Of a stretch of DNA of 64,000 nucleotides, positions 36,467 to 51,713 are shown in pieces; within the stretch, counting starts at the first letter, position 1; each line of letters opens with the position of its first letter. The DNA is from Lingula anatina (Eukaryota > Animalia > Brachiopoda). Below the pieces are notes generated by a model. The model saw only the letters and a list, made by a program, of their open reading frames with translations. It made no database searches and was not told the origin of the DNA. A program made the position numbers and the translations under genes. The DNA is taken from contig CM120647.1 of NCBI GenBank assembly GCA_051362555.1, forward strand, positions 14,360,651 through 14,424,650. Reading direction: 5' to 3'.

Positions 36467-39402
36467 CTTGTCAAGTATTTTATTGATTATATCTTGCACA
36501 CTGTAACCTTTATCGTAACGTCATGTACATTTTATCGCCAGATGTACCTTAGTAGGAATAATAAGTTCAAATGTATTCTTCTGATTATAAGAAATATCAT
36601 AGAATCACAAAAAGACGATTAGATAATTCCAACCAGTGTCGTAGAGAGACGTATGGACATGGTATTAATTTGAACAATGTTCAAGCCGAGTTATTTATTC
36701 TGTGTCAATGGAAAATAATCCCCTGATATTCCAATATAATAAAGTAACAGTTGGTGTGAATCATTTCCAATGTACTGTAAACACTGTACAGTATTGTATT
36801 TGGCATGTGTAACCTTCTTTAATAAAGTCATAATATAACTTGAAAAGAAAATAGAACGTTTGTTATTTGACTTTTTCTCTGATGCTGTGTCTGTTTGTTG
36901 AGAGGCATAACAGTATATCGAGTGGCTACAATGTACAACAACGTTAGGCAATGATATTTTAATAGATGCAGAAAATTCCGTGACTGTGCCTTTCTTAATT
37001 GTGGCACACCCCAAAAAATACTAATAATGTCTCAATAATATAATATAATATAAAATTACAGCGATTTAGGGGAGGTGTCAGGAACCCCTGACACCTCCGC
37101 TAAATCGTTGTATTATTATTTTTTTTTTTCAAAAATCGAATGGAGAGTGTCAGGGGGGTCCACTCTTGAAATTAGAATTTTGACTTGCTGAATCATAATT
37201 CCTAACCTAACGCCGAGGATGGGGGGGAGGGTCGGCTTCGCATCCACGGCCTGGCATTGCTAAAAAATTGACCCCACTTCTAATAATCCTGGATCCTCCC
37301 CTGAACTTGGTCCTTTGCCAGTCCATACTGTCTGTATATTTATAATTAGGGAGAAAAAAAACTGGGCCCTCCTTAACAAAAGCACTTAACCACTGGTCTC
37401 AGGAAATAATACTCAGAATTTCAGTCGGTCAAGGGATAGTTCTATTGGTGGCCATTTATCTTATAAATTTTCATTTATTCGCAGTTTTTTATTAGTAAAA
37501 TCCTAAACTGTTTTGAGGCAAGATATCACTTAACCGCTCTCCGAAAGCGCACCATGAAGAATAACTCGGCATTATTAACAATTTGTTTAATAAGGCGATA
37601 CTTAGATTAAACTAAATCGTCTCCTCTTTGTTGAAAAATATCAAACCATTGCCACATAAACGTACATGTATTTGTTTGACCAAGGAGTTAACTGCTAGTA
37701 CGTGGTTTGATTGCCTAGAAAACAGATTTTTTCCCTCAAACAAGTTTACAGTCACAGCACAAAAATCGATAATCTTAAGCATAAGCCACCTTTACAAAAT
37801 AATCACATAATAAACGCATACTTGATACTTTCCGGAATCCCAATTATGTCAGTAAAACGTAAACAAGCTGTCTTGTTCGATTATGACTCACGCATGCGCA
37901 CTGTTGATCTGTTTTTTTGCTTACCATGGTCAAGAAAACGTGCTCGGATGAGAGCCGAACTTAGCTGTTTTAACGCTCATTGAAAACTCTTGTATCAGTA
38001 TTGCACATGCATTTGACTTACAATTGAACATGTTAAAGCAAAATTTATAGCAGACAGTTGATATTACACGAGAATTTGAGTGTGTTTTTGAGTCGGAGTC
38101 ATATAAATGAACTCCAACATGTGAATACGTCGCATTAGTAATTCAAACACACACACACACTCACACACGCAAACACACACACACAGTTCGGTGACACTTA
38201 TTGTAATACTTTTTAATAATTATTGTCGGATAATAATAATGTAGATTTTCAGGTTCACAGCTTCATTTAGCTATTTCAGGGCATCTTGACTTAACTTTTA
38301 CGTGGAGGCGGGAGTGGATGTTATATTTAGCTTAATAAAACTGCCTTTTTCATAATGAGTGCAGATCATAGCTCATGAAAATATTCACTAAAATTTGAAA
38401 CAGAAAAGCGATGTCACTGAATGTGATGACTTCAGTGAAAAGTGAAATCTTATCCAAGAGGAGATTAAATGTTGCATGTCACACTGAAGACCTATACATG
38501 TTCTGAAATCTGCAAACTATGGTTATGAAACAGTGGTTATGAAACAGTGTTTCCTGTTCATGACGTGTGTGTACAAGTGGTTTTTGTAGGGAATGAAAGA
38601 CATGCACATTTGACAAAAACATACACTCTGTCCTCTCAGCTTGAATGTCAAAACAACCTGAGAGTTTACAAAGTACAAGTTGGACAATCAACTATAAATA
38701 CATTAAATCATAATACATCTTGAATAAGTACGAAAAAGCCCAATGGACAGCAAAGATTTTTATGGAGATAAATAAGAATAGAGCAGTTTTGACGGAAGTC
38801 AGAGCTCCCCATGTGCTTTCCTCGTCTTCATTTTTGTCGAAAACCATATATAAATCATTTCCACGTATTTGGTTATAACCAAGGAGTTATACAACTACCA
38901 GTACATGGTTTAACCGTCAAGAAAACAGGTTCTTGTTACCCCAAAGACGTTTACGGATACAGCAAAAAAATGGACAAACTTAAATTTACACTTTAAGCCA
39001 CCTTAACAAAATTGTCAGATAATAATCACATAATTTCTTTTTTGCTAACTATTGCCGTACTATTATGCAGATTTTGACGTTAATTATATCCCTTATTCTG
39101 GCTTATTCTGGGACAGTTTATTTTTAAACCATGGCACTCGAACTGACAGTGGCATAGGCCACGGTAGCAGCATTAGCCCTTTTGGTGTAACGCCACAACC
39201 TTGTTAAAAGGTGTAACGCCACAACCTTGTTAAAAGGTACACTTGGATACAAAGACAAAACAAAAATGTCACCAATTTTTAGAAAATTTTTTTCTTTTAA
39301 TTTTTATTGCATATGTCAAAAATAAACAATTGATAAATAACTAAATAAAGATCTCTCTCACTCACTCCTCTTCCTCAAACAAACATTCAGGCATTATTTA
39401 GA

Positions 39403-39523
<121 letters not shown>

Positions 39524-41354
39524 AACAACGATATGTTGAAAACCTAATAGTTAAAGGCTTGACAACACTTGATAACTAATACAAACATTTTGTGAACTAA
39601 TACAGATAAAAACCTTATCTGTGTCTTTTTTATGAAATACCGGCAGGGAAACATACGCAGATATATATTTCTTTCTGCGATGTAGGCCTGTATTCATTCT
39701 ATTTTAATATTTTCTATATGCAGGGTTATGTTTTTCATTTCAAATTTGTATATACTGAATTTTGTTAAAATCACCAAACTGTTGAGTACATTGCATTTCA
39801 TATTTGGAATTCCCAGTTGTAGTATTTTTCCAGTCTTTAAGTGAAATCCAGTCTTGTACTTTTGCCCAAAGGGGAGCAATTACTTTGCACTCAATAAATA
39901 GATGTTGAAGAGTTTCAGAGTGTTCGTTACAGAAGCAGCAGGTCACTGTTTCTTTCATCCAAATATTTCGTAAAAATTATTTGTAGCTAAAAGTCTTTTT
40001 TAACACTTTAAATTGAAACCAGCGCAGTTTAGTATCTAAAGTACATTGGAAAGGAATATTATTCAAGATTTACCACTCTTCAGCTGTGAGAGGTTCTTTA
40101 GAAAGGAGTTCCCATTTTGACATTGCATTTGTCATTTTTATTTGATTTGAATTCAAAATATTGTAGAAAGGTTTCCCTCCTTTTGTAAATTTTAGAAACC
40201 ATTTAAGTTGGGTTGACATTATAGGGAGCTCAAATTTTTCATGTAAATTATCTATATTCATTTGTTTTGGAATTTTTTTCACTGCACACAGTTTACCTGT
40301 GAACGTGACATAATTTATTATATTCTCGTACCTTCCTTGAACTGTTCGTATGTGAGGTAATTTCCTCTGTATCGATCAAGTCATTTATGTTTCGTATACC
40401 TATTATATTACAGGTTCTTATAAGAATAGGCTTGTTTTTTTTCAGTATTTTATCATTTAGTCATAATTATTATTTAAAAATTTATTTTGTATTAATCTTT
40501 TTTTATTCTTTAACAATCTGTACCATGCATCAGGAACCTGACTCCAAAAAGCATATTCCCATTTCAGACCAGTGTACACCTTTATTTTCAGGGATCACAC
40601 TAAGGAAAAAGAAAAGCCGTTTTGAATTTCTATGCGTGATTCTCCTGAGCCATGCAATATTTAGGGAATCAATATAGTTTCTGACATCGGGGAGTTTGAT
40701 ACCTCCATTTGAGTACGATTGTGTCATTTTATCTCGTTTTACTCTTTCAATTGTCCCATTCCATAAAAAAAATTAAGCACGTTTTTGTATTTTGTCGACA
40801 TATTTATTTGGTATTGGCAATGTGGAAAATAAATGAGTCATTTTTGGAAGGAGTAGTGATTTAGAAATAACATTTCTCCCCAAAACTGTTAGCGATCTGT
40901 GAGACTATTGTTTCATAATTCTTTCCATATCTTCGAGTTTCTCTTTATAATTTTTCTAAATCACATAAATTTACCGAGAAATCTATTCCAAGGATTCTGA
41001 AAAAAATGTTCATTCCAATCAAGATTCTACTCTTTACATATGCTATCTTGTGAGTCTTTCTTGCTTCCTAACAAGTTTAATTTAGTTTTTTTTTTTTTTT
41101 TTTTTTTTTTTACTGTTCATTTGTAGTCTAGAAAATTGTGAGAATTCATTAAAAACCTTTAGGGTATTTCTCAAACTTTTTTTCAGTCCCATCCAACGCA
41201 ATAGTCGTGTCATCAGCCCTTTGGGAGATGAGAAAAGATTGATTATGTATTTTAATGGCTTTTATGTCTATTTGGTATGCCGCGTTTATACATCTTATTA
41301 AAAAACTATCCAGTTCTTTCCTAAAGAATTTGAAAAATTAATATGTAAACCCAT

Positions 41355-41452
41355 CCCAGCAGGCAAACGACATTGATTCTACGTTGATTCAACATTGATC
41401 CACCAAAATTAACGTTGATTCAACGGTGAATCAATGTCGTTTGTCTGCTGGG
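41355..41452. mobile_element. 98-bp MITE (CMC/EnSpm-like) nested in LINE ORF2
   Basis: TIR CCCAGCAG(G/A)CAAACGACATTGATTC; 2-bp AT TSD; removal restores R-P-G-N-D-G-F. Confidence 0.85.
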
Positions 41453-42951
41453 ATCATTACCTGGCCTCTTTTCATTTTTCGTTTGTCTTAACGGTGTATA
41501 AAGTTCAGCGTGGTTTCTTTCCTTCAAGCGAGGATGTTTTGGCATTGGTTAGTTTTGGAGTTTCAATATTTTCTAATCGAGTTTTCTTTATGTATACTAA
41601 TTTGTGATTTTGTTTCTTAAATAAATTTTCATAAAAGCGTATAGTTTCTTTGAGAATCTCCTTTTGTTCAGTAAGAATATTACCGTTATCTGTTACAAGT
41701 TTAGTCATTGACTTATTTTTAAAATTTCGATTTTCTTAGTGCCAAAAAGTATTTTGATGCTTTTTCGCCGTATTCGATCCATCTTTCCTTTGATCTTATC
41801 ATTATACCCTTTACTTTTTTTCTTATATTTTCCAGTTTTACCTTTTCCTTATTTATTATTTCTATAATTTTTTTCTTTTTTTGGCTTATTCGGCCTCATT
41901 TTTAAGATAATTCTCTAGGACATTTATGATAATTTCGACTTGCTTTTCCTCAGACTCTCTTTTCTTTTTTATCCTAGCACCAAAAGCAATCGTTTTCCCC
42001 CTAATTTTCATTAGGAGAGTTTCAAGAAATAGCCCATCACTTAAAGTTAACTGTAGAGAATGTCTGTCAATATTCAGTATATTATCTCTGCTGCATACTC
42101 TAAGATAGTTTCATTATTTATCTGTTTTACCATTCAGGCATACTTACTTTCATATAAGTGGGAGTTATTGAATTTCCAAAACCCTTTTCCGTGTTCAATT
42201 TTCCTTTTTTTACTGTAAGTCCAGAGTAATAATGGAGTGGTCGCTCTTATAACCTGGAATAATCTGACTATCTTCGATAAAGTTTGAAATGGTTGAGGAA
42301 ATAATAAAATTATCTAACCTTGCCTGTTTGAAAGGCATAGGCTACCGCCATGTATACTGTCTGACTTCCTCATGCATTTCCCCCATGCATTTTCCTGTCA
42401 TACCCGTTATACAAGTCCTTTAGGGTATAGATCAGAGGCCTTGGGGTTATTTTTATGTTTATAGTTATAAATATGTACCCTTCTCAGATTTATGAGTGAA
42501 ATGTCTTTCTCATCTACTATTATACTAAGAGCAATAAAGTTTCCGTTGGGATCTTTCTCAACCTCCTTAATTTTACATTCAAAATTATTGTTGATCAATA
42601 TTGCAACTCCTCTTGAGTTAGAGGTTCCATGACTGAAGAAGCATTAAAACCCCATTCAGCTGCTATATATTTTTCCATAGATAATGTACTATGAGTACCT
42701 TGTAGACAGTAGATGGAAAAAGATTTCTTCCGCAAGCAGTTGAACTCATGTAAACGCTTATTTCGGTCCCCAAGGCCCCTACAATTTACTGAGCATATTT
42801 TAATATTGGATTTGATCTGTGTATATCTCGCAAATTTCTATATATACGGCAGAAAATAAGTTCACATCGCACAGTCATATTCTAGGTATAGCAATCCGTA
42901 CCGAGGTATCAAATCTAAGTGTTTCGTTGTTGCAAACTAATAAGGATAACT

Positions 42952-43008
<57 letters not shown>

Positions 43009-45847
43009 TATACTATATAGTGCATTATCAAACACACTTTCATCCACCCACACATACAATAAACACTTGTACTTATTCTACCAGACATACACACCAAGAC
43101 AAACCATCGAAAACACACACACGTACACAGAATAGTACTAATAATTGTAATAATTATAATAGTAATAATAATTTGATGCTCGAACTACTAGCTAACAGTT
43201 CGGCGACCGTCATTTCTTATGGCAAAGATTCTACCATTGAAGTACCAGGTTGAGTGTACAGCTTCTTTATCTTTTAGAGTTTTGATTAGTTCAGCTTTTT
43301 TCTGAGTAATGTGGTCGTACATTATAAAGTTACCTTTGAGCGCTTGTCTATGCTTGATCAGGTTTTTTTTTCTCGGTGCTCGGTGTTGCTGAATTTGGCT
43401 ATGACGGGTCTTGCGCCACCGGTGTTACCTGGTATTCTGTGGATTCCCAGAATTACTGATGTCCACATTTACCTTTTCCTCTAGGATGCACCAGAGGTCT
43501 CTATTCATATCTTCTTTTGTTTGTTTTTTTCCGGCCAGTTTAAAAACTTTCTAAATGCTGTTTTTCCGCGATTACTGCTGGTTGTGGTTTGTCATTTTCA
43601 CAGCTGTTTTTGCCAAATGGCTGGTTTCTTTTAAGTTGTCCAGATACTTCCTTGTGTCACTGATTTGTTTGGAGAGTTTCTCACTCAGGGATTCGTTTTC
43701 CGGATATAGGACATCTATCTTATCGTTCAGGAGGCTGAGTCTATCCATCAAGTATTGTTGCATTTCTTTTTAATATCTTCCTTCACCTCCTTTGATATCA
43801 TGTTTCATTTGGGTAATGATTTCCTTAACGTCAGATTTTCTTATCATTTCACTTTTTATCTCTGCTAAAGTAGCTTGGATAGATCGTAGTTCGCCTACCG
43901 TAATGTTTTCTGTTAAGTCCATGCTGTTTGATCTTGTTCTTTTTTTCTTTTGTGGTCTTTTGCTGTGTCGTATATACGCTGGGGTCAAGTTGATTTGTAG
44001 CTGTACCAGCTTCTTCAGGGCATTGTCAGAGGTCCTTTTTTCGATTTATTCGCTTGCACATTTTCAGGAATAGTTATTTAGTTCTTTATTTTCATTATTA
44101 TTTTATTTTTCATTTTTTTTTGGGGGGGGGTGTAACTTAAAAACCTAACTCAAAACAGATGTGAAAGTATGAACGAATATTGACAAAGCTTTCAATATAT
44201 GTCAAAAATGGGCTGGATTAAACTGTATTACATTTTGGTGATGATCAATGAATTAACAAAATAATCAATTATGAGGAAAGAACTGCCGTGTGCTTTTCTA
44301 GTTTAAAATGTAAAGGCCTAGTTGAGCGACACAGAGATCCATATAGAAAATGAACATTAAATAAATTCACAGGGAAAAAAGACGCAATGTACATGTATAT
44401 ATGCATTTCAATATGTGCAGCTAACATCTCCTTGGATCAGAATATCAAAATGCGCTTTCGTTTGACTATTGAAGATATTTTCAGGGCCTTTTTGTGGTTG
44501 GGGAGGGGATGGATGTTAAATTTCCCCTTATGATACTGCCTTTATCATCTTGAGCCAAGTTCACAACTACGATCTATCCAAGCTACTTAGCCAAGTTCAC
44601 AACTTCACAAATCTTTCCTCCATTTTCAAACAGGGAAGCAGTGTCTTTAAATGTCATGACTTTTGTGTAAAGTGAAATCTTGTCCAACAGAAGTCTGAGT
44701 GTTGCGTCACACACACCGAAGACCTATAAATGCTCTTATTTTAATCTACACAGGTATTGTTCATCGATGAAATGACGCCATGTGATTTGAAAACAAAGAA
44801 CGGAAATCAACTATGCTTATGAAACAGTGGTTATAAAACTCTTCATGACGTGTGTGTAAAAGTGTTTTTTGTAGGGAATGAAAGACATGCACATTTGACA
44901 AAAACATACACCCTGTCCTCTCAGCTTGAATATCAAAACAACCTGAGAGTTTACAAAGTACAAGTTGGACAATCAACTATAAGGACATTTAATCACAATA
45001 CGTCTTGAAATAGTGCGAAAGAACCCATAGGACAACAGAGACATCGTTCAAATTGCAATATCTCAAAAACTTTTGAAGTTATTGAATTTTAAAATAAGTA
45101 ATAAGTAATTTTGAGCCAGTCGATATCACAAATGGGCTTACTTAAATTCTTTAAGATGTTGGTGCTATTCAATGAGAATAGAGTCGCTTTAGACGGAAGC
45201 CAGAGCTCTCCATGTACTTTTCTAGTTAGTCATTAGACTACCATTAGATGAGACTGGTAAACATACTGAATAAAGTGCATAAAGACGATGTTTTCTTGCA
45301 AATTTTTCAGATAATATAGTTTTTTTTTCTTGTTGTTATTGTGGAACAACTTATGATTTTCGAAGTTTTCTTTATAAAAGAATGTTTTTATTTCGTCTGA
45401 TACTGAAACAATTTGATCGTCTACGAAAAAACACCAGCAACATCAATTAGTACTATCAAATAAAATTGCCGGATATCACTAAGTTGTCAACGAATATCAC
45501 CAAGATCACATATCGCACCTGTTGATGGCGTGTGTTGAACCATGGATTTGTGAGTATAAAGGATACGCATTCACGCATTTGACAGAACGCGAAAGGTTGT
45601 TCATTCAGCTTGAAAATTATCAAAGTATATAAAATTGGACAACTCGTCTTTATTTTTGTCGAGAACCATATATAAATCATTTCGACATATTTGATTAACC
45701 AAGGAGTTATAAATCTACCAGTACTTGGTTTGACCGTCAATAAAACAGGTTCTTGTTACTCCAAAGACGTTTACGGATACAGCAAAAAAAATCGACAAAA
45801 TTATCAGAAAATAATTGCTCACTTTATATTTTTCCGAATCCCAGTTA

Positions 45848-46097
45848 CCCTGCAAACATTTTGCCTCATTTAACACTCACTTACGGTTCTTAATCTGTCC
45901 TAGAACATAATGTTTTTTTCTTTTAATGAAAGATGTTCTTAATCTGTTCTAGGACATTCTGAAGGATTTCTCAAAAACAGTTCTTGAACTGTTACATTCA
46001 TTACAGAACAACATTAGAACTGTAAAAAAGTACCAAATATTCTAGAATAGATCGAGAACCGTAAGTGAACGTTAATTGAGACAAATTTTCGCAGGAG
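45848..46097. mobile_element. ~250-bp MITE with long imperfect TIRs
   Basis: ccctgcaaacattttgcctcatttaacactcacttacggttct versus the reverse complement at 46040-46097; empty site aatcccaattatgtcagtaaaacgt at ~37836. Confidence 0.7.
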
Positions 46098-46434
46098 ATG
46101 ACAGTAAAACGTCAACAAGCTATCCAGTTGTCTTTTGATCATGAAACTCTGTTGACCTATGATCTGTCATTCTGCTTACCATGGTCAAAAAAATTTGCTC
46201 GGATGACAACAAAACTTTAGCTGTCTTAATGCTTCGTGAATTATCTTATACCAGTATTGCACATTTGACTAACAAATGAACAACCATGTTGTCGGTCAGC
46301 AGCATTCGAAGAAACTGATATATAAGACGAGATTTTGAAAGCGCTTTTAAATTGGGATTAAATGAATGAACCCCGACATGTAAATATTTCACACGAATAA
46401 TTCACACACACACAATCACACACACAAACACATC

Positions 46435-46477
<43 letters not shown>

Positions 46478-46629
46478 TTGCTAGAGATATTGTATTACTT
46501 TTTTATTCGTTATTTTACGCAGATTATGACGTTAACTGTTTCCCCTCGTCAAATACCAGTTTATTCTGGGACAGTTGATTTTTAAACCATGCTTCTCGCA
46601 TTGTCAGTGATGACTTCGGTGAAAACTGA

Positions 46630-46977
46630 AAAGTGATTAAATGTTACATCATACACACTGAAAACCTATAAATGTTCGTAATTTGTTCATTACGGATAAT
46701 ATTCATCGATGAAATAACGCAATGCAGCTGTGATTTGAAAACAAAGAGCGGAACTGAATAATGGTTGTGAAACAGTGGTTATGAAACAGTGGTTCCAGTC
46801 CGCAAGTGGTTGGTTTTTGTAGGGTATAAAAGGCATGCATGTTTGACAAAATCATACACCCTTTGCATTCAGCTTGACTATCCAAGCGACCTGAGAGTTT
46901 ACAAAGTACAAGTTGGACAAACAACTACAAATACTTTGAATATTAACCAATCTCCGTGAATTAGTGGGAAAAGTCCA
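46630..46977 (+). promoter_or_regulatory. Putative promoter module of GPCR paralogue 2 (TATAAAA at 46825)
   Basis: Homologous to 33269-33600, with the same 153-bp TATA-ATG spacing. Confidence 0.5.
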
Positions 46978-48207
46978 ATGGAGAATCTGTCAAGCACCGC
47001 AGAGACATATTTCAACATGTCTGAGGAGCCCGCGCACAATCTGTCAACCCTGCTGATGGGGCAATGCACTGAACCAGTGTGTGTTTCTTTTGGTACAATC
47101 GCTTTAATTTTTGGGATGGTTGGAATGTTTGCAAATAGCCTCATCATCGTGTCGTTTTACAAGTTCAAAGAAATCCGATGTCAGGCCCACTATGCCATCG
47201 TAAGCTTCGCCTGTCTTGATTTCCTCACTGGGTTGGTCGGCATCCCACTCCACCAAATATCGGCGAACTGGGTGAATGTGATTCCTGACCTAAGCCATGT
47301 TACATTGAGCAAATACTTTTGTTTGATCAAGGCATTTTTTGCGGGTTTGATGGTTTATCTTAAATTCCTACACCAACTTTTCATCGCTACTGAAAGATAC
47401 CTAAAGATATGCCACCATTTCAAGTGCGTCACGCTAATAACTAACAAGAGACTTGTCATTGCTTTGGCCTGCTTGTGGCTTTACGGGATAGCTGTGGCCC
47501 TCATCCCGTTACTCGCCTGGAACAACTTGCAGCCGGGATGTACAGGAAGCAGTAACATCATTAATAAGAACATCGTGCATTCCCTTAACTTCTCGCATGT
47601 CTTGATTTCCGTTGTAGCTGCATGTGGCCAGTACATAGGAATATATCGCCACGTCAAACAACAAGCAAAAGCAATGAACGAATTCAAGAAGAAAACCGTT
47701 AAACCAACTCAACTGGGTACCACCACTATTCCGCAGAAAACTCACGCAGACCAGGTTTGTCAAAATGAAAAAGCACGGGAGGGAAACGAAACGTCGGGTA
47801 AAGTTCCAGAGCTCAGGGCGAAAAATGAAGAGAGTAAAACAGGCTCAACACAGAAGTCATTGGCCAACACTCCCAAAAGACCACGGTATGTAAAGGCACC
47901 TCAACTTACCCAGCAAAAATGTTTTGAGATTGCGCAGAATAAAAGGGAGATCCAAGTGGCAAAATCTACAGCAATCGCTGCAGGTTTTATCATTTTCTTG
48001 TCCATCCCTATGTTTTTTATTAATCCCGTAGGGTGGGTGTTCAGGGATGATCCGGTGATCGTCAGTATCTTCTTCAATATGTCATCAATGATTATAGGCT
48101 TAAATTCGTTCACCTGCCCTATCATATATGCCATATTCAACATGAAAATGAGAAGAGCATTTTTGAAGTTACTTAAATGTAGTAGTCAAAAGGCAAGTCC
48201 GAATTAA
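46978..48207 (+). CDS. Intronless class A GPCR, tandem paralogue 2 (409 aa)
   Basis: Intact 7TM ORF closely similar to paralogue 1; ERY, CPIIY; 6-aa C-terminal extension QKASPN. Confidence 0.92.
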   Translation: MENLSSTAETYFNMSEEPAHNLSTLLMGQCTEPVCVSFGTIALIFGMVGMFANSLIIVSFYKFKEIRCQAHYAIVSFACLDFLTGLVGIPLHQISANWVNVIPDLSHVTLSKYFCLIKAFFAGLMVYLKFLHQLFIATERYLKICHHFKCVTLITNKRLVIALACLWLYGIAVALIPLLAWNNLQPGCTGSSNIINKNIVHSLNFSHVLISVVAACGQYIGIYRHVKQQAKAMNEFKKKTVKPTQLGTTTIPQKTHADQVCQNEKAREGNETSGKVPELRAKNEESKTGSTQKSLANTPKRPRYVKAPQLTQQKCFEIAQNKREIQVAKSTAIAAGFIIFLSIPMFFINPVGWVFRDDPVIVSIFFNMSSMIIGLNSFTCPIIYAIFNMKMRRAFLKLLKCSSQKASPN

Positions 48208-51156
48208 TTTTGTAGTTTTAAGAGAAACTGATCTAATTGACAAGACATTGCTAAATGAGTTCCTTAAAAAGTTACGTAATGTCAACATATTGCAATTCAT
48301 TATTGTACTTAATTGCCCGGGTCCACATATTTCGAAGTTAATGTTCTGTTATGTTTTGGAGATTTGAATGATTCCTAAATAATTCCCATTGAATGATTCC
48401 GTTTTGGATACAACGTTAACTTGCAATTATATCCACCATCGCACTTGTTTTTTGGACGAGATTTCGACAAACAAGTGTATGATAGCCGTGTATGATAGTC
48501 ATATTTCAAATTAACAAAGAGTTTGTGCCTTTGAATACTTTTTATCTAAACAGATATACGGTGGACGATTGCCTGTTATATTGCCTACAAACGGTTATGT
48601 AGTTTTATTTAGAAGTAAAGCAGCACGTAAAATATTAGAAAACAATTGTTACAGGTAAAAATATAAAGAAGGTAAAATCACCTCTGTATGTATAGTTACA
48701 AGATTGGACGACCACTTCTTATGGTAAAATAGTCCTTGGTATTTTTAAATTCTTAAAAGAAGAAACTTATTATTCCAATTGGTATAATTCTACCTTCACA
48801 CCGTTATTACCTCCTCTCTAAATTATGCTCCGTCTTCAATTGCTGTAGAGGAGCGCAAAGACTGTAGGTACAGATATGGTTGTTCCACAACATTAAATTG
48901 CCTCAGAGAAGGATAGTGTATTTTAGTGTTATTTTGTGCGTTATGGACGGCAGCATTTTTTTTCTGCAGATGAGGGGTTGCTAGGCCAGATTCATTCATG
49001 GTACTCTGCATTTATATGAAGAGAATACAATGTATGCATACAGACCAGTTCACAAAATAAATTGCCATTTTTGTAAAAACAAAACAGAAGATGAACTTCA
49101 TTGTGTACTTCGGAGAAATTGTATGGTTTCATTTATAAGGTAGTTTTTAAGTGCGTAGGTCAATGTCTTTAGAAAAATGTTATAGAAAAATTGAAAACAA
49201 CTAAAGAATTGTCTAAAAAAAGGGTGTGGCATTTAGCAAGAACGTGTCTATAAGAAGCAATGGTTTATAAACCAGGTGAACTGGATGTCTGTTATTTACT
49301 AAAACGTTTGGCTTTAAGGCGAATGAATGAATGAAACATTTCTGAACTACGCATTACATCACATTTACTTGTCAAGTATTTTATTGACTATATCTTGCAC
49401 ACTGTGACGATTATCGTAACATCCATGTACATATTACCGGCAGATGTACCTTAGAAGAAATAATAAGTTCAAATGTATTCTTCTTATTATAAGAATTATA
49501 AATAGAATCACAAAAAGACGATTAGATAATTCCAACCTGTGTCGTAGGCAGACGTATGGACATGATATCAATTTGACACAATGTTCGAGTCGAGATTTTT
49601 TTGTCTGCGTCAATTGAGAATAATCCCCTGATACTCCAATATGATAAGGTAACAGTTGGTGTGAATTATTTCCAATGTACTGTAAATACTGTACAGTAAT
49701 GTATTTGGCATGCATAATGTTTTTAATAAAGTCAAAATGTAACTTGAAAAGAAAAAGGAACTTTGATATTTGACTTTTTTCTCTGCTGCTGTGTCTGTTT
49801 GTTTGGAGGCATAAGAATATATCGGGTGGCTACAATGTACAAAAACGTTAGGCAATGATATTTTGATAGATGCAGAGAATTCCATGACTGTGCCTTTCTT
49901 AATTGTGGCACACCTCTAAAAATAATAATAATATCTCAACAATATGTGCAAAATCTTCATACAAAATCTGCGTATTCATGCTTTTACATCATACTAAGCT
50001 AGTGAAAATGTACAGAGATAAATAGTAATAAATAAATAAATAAATAAATAAATGATAAAAATGAAAATAACACAAATTAATAGCAACAAAATTGCATACA
50101 AATATACATGCGCATCACCATTTCATATGCATATCGGGCATTTTATTATCATAAGCTAGGTGCGATTTTAAGTAAAAAATATACTAGTACTGTTCTATCT
50201 CTAAAGGAGCTGCTGCAGTGGGCTTTAGCAGAGACAAACACCAATGCTGAATAAGACACCGTTGTTCTCATTCCAAACTTAAGCAAAATTAAGGTTTTAG
50301 ATATTGGCAAATTAACAAATGTTCCTTTTATTAAATGCTGTAGCGGAGTATTCATCATTCCATTCCACATTTACATTTCTTTTCAAGTGTGCCTGGGTAA
50401 TTATCATTATCATTGTGACACGGTTAGACCATTTGTTGCATCATATACCTTAATAATCCAAAGAATTATCACAGCAATGAGGAGAAATGAACCAACGAAA
50501 TTCTTTTGCTGGTTTTCCATCATCAACATCGAGATAGTACCATGGACTTGCAGGGGGGGGTTCAGATTAAGGGGGGGGGGGGGCAGGGGGATCCTGACCC
50601 CCCTTCGATATCTGGAAAAATTACACCAGTTATCCCCTCTTGAAATTATGTCTAGCTGAATCATAGTTCTGAACCGCACCAAATGGCACCATTCGCCGGC
50701 TGAAATTCCCAAAAAATTTTAGGGGCATTTCAGCGGGCTTCAAGCCCCACGCTGGGGATTTGGGGGGCTCGAGGGTCGGCTTCGCATCCACGGTCTGTTA
50801 TTCCTAAAAAACGGGGCCCCACTTCAAATAATCCTGGATCCTCCACTGAACTTGGTCCTTTGCCAAACCAAACTGTCTGTGTGTTTTTAAGTAGTGAGAA
50901 AGGAAAGATTGGGCCGTCGTTAGATCTCGTAAACCTTCTTTCACAAAAGCACTTAACCACTGGTCTCAGGATATAATGTTCAGAATCTCAGCCGGTAAGA
51001 ACGGATCTTGATAAAACTTTCAAGGTACTATATATCAGAAATGGGTAGCTTAAATTTTATCACATTTTGGTGGCGATCAATGAATTAACAAATTATTCAA
51101 TTATGAGAAAAGAACTACCATAGTAGAGGTCTCTGGATGCTTTTCTAGTTTAATTC

Positions 51157-51194
<38 letters not shown>

Positions 51195-51303
51195 TACACA
51201 GAGCGCAACACAGAGATCCGTAGACAAAACGAACATTACATAAATTCACAGTTAAAAAAGACACACTGTATGTATGCATTTTAATATGTTCAACTAATGT
51301 ATG

Positions 51304-51637
51304 TGTTGAACAACTCGGGATCCATATCTCAGTTCCAATAGCCTTTGTTTCACATCATATCGTACGTAAGACAAGTAACGGCTTTGCTCGGGTATAGTTT
51401 ACGGTGTATGGTGAAACTAAAAAAAATCATAATAATATAATGTAATGAATAAATAAGAATGATAATTCTAACAATTGCGTACAATTTAATGGAGAACATG
51501 AGCAAAGTAAAGGCACAATTTATAATTCTATAATGAACAAATAAATATTAAACAAATATTAATAACAATAACTTACTCGATTGCAGCTACATAAACTTTG
51601 AGATAATCTTGATGTTCACAAAAAAGAAGAAAAAAAT

Positions 51638-51713
<76 letters not shown>

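Noticed and set aside
42819-43253. 144-aa ORF with IY repeats
   Set aside because: Reads through a (TA)n microsatellite in the LINE inter-ORF spacer on the antisense strand.
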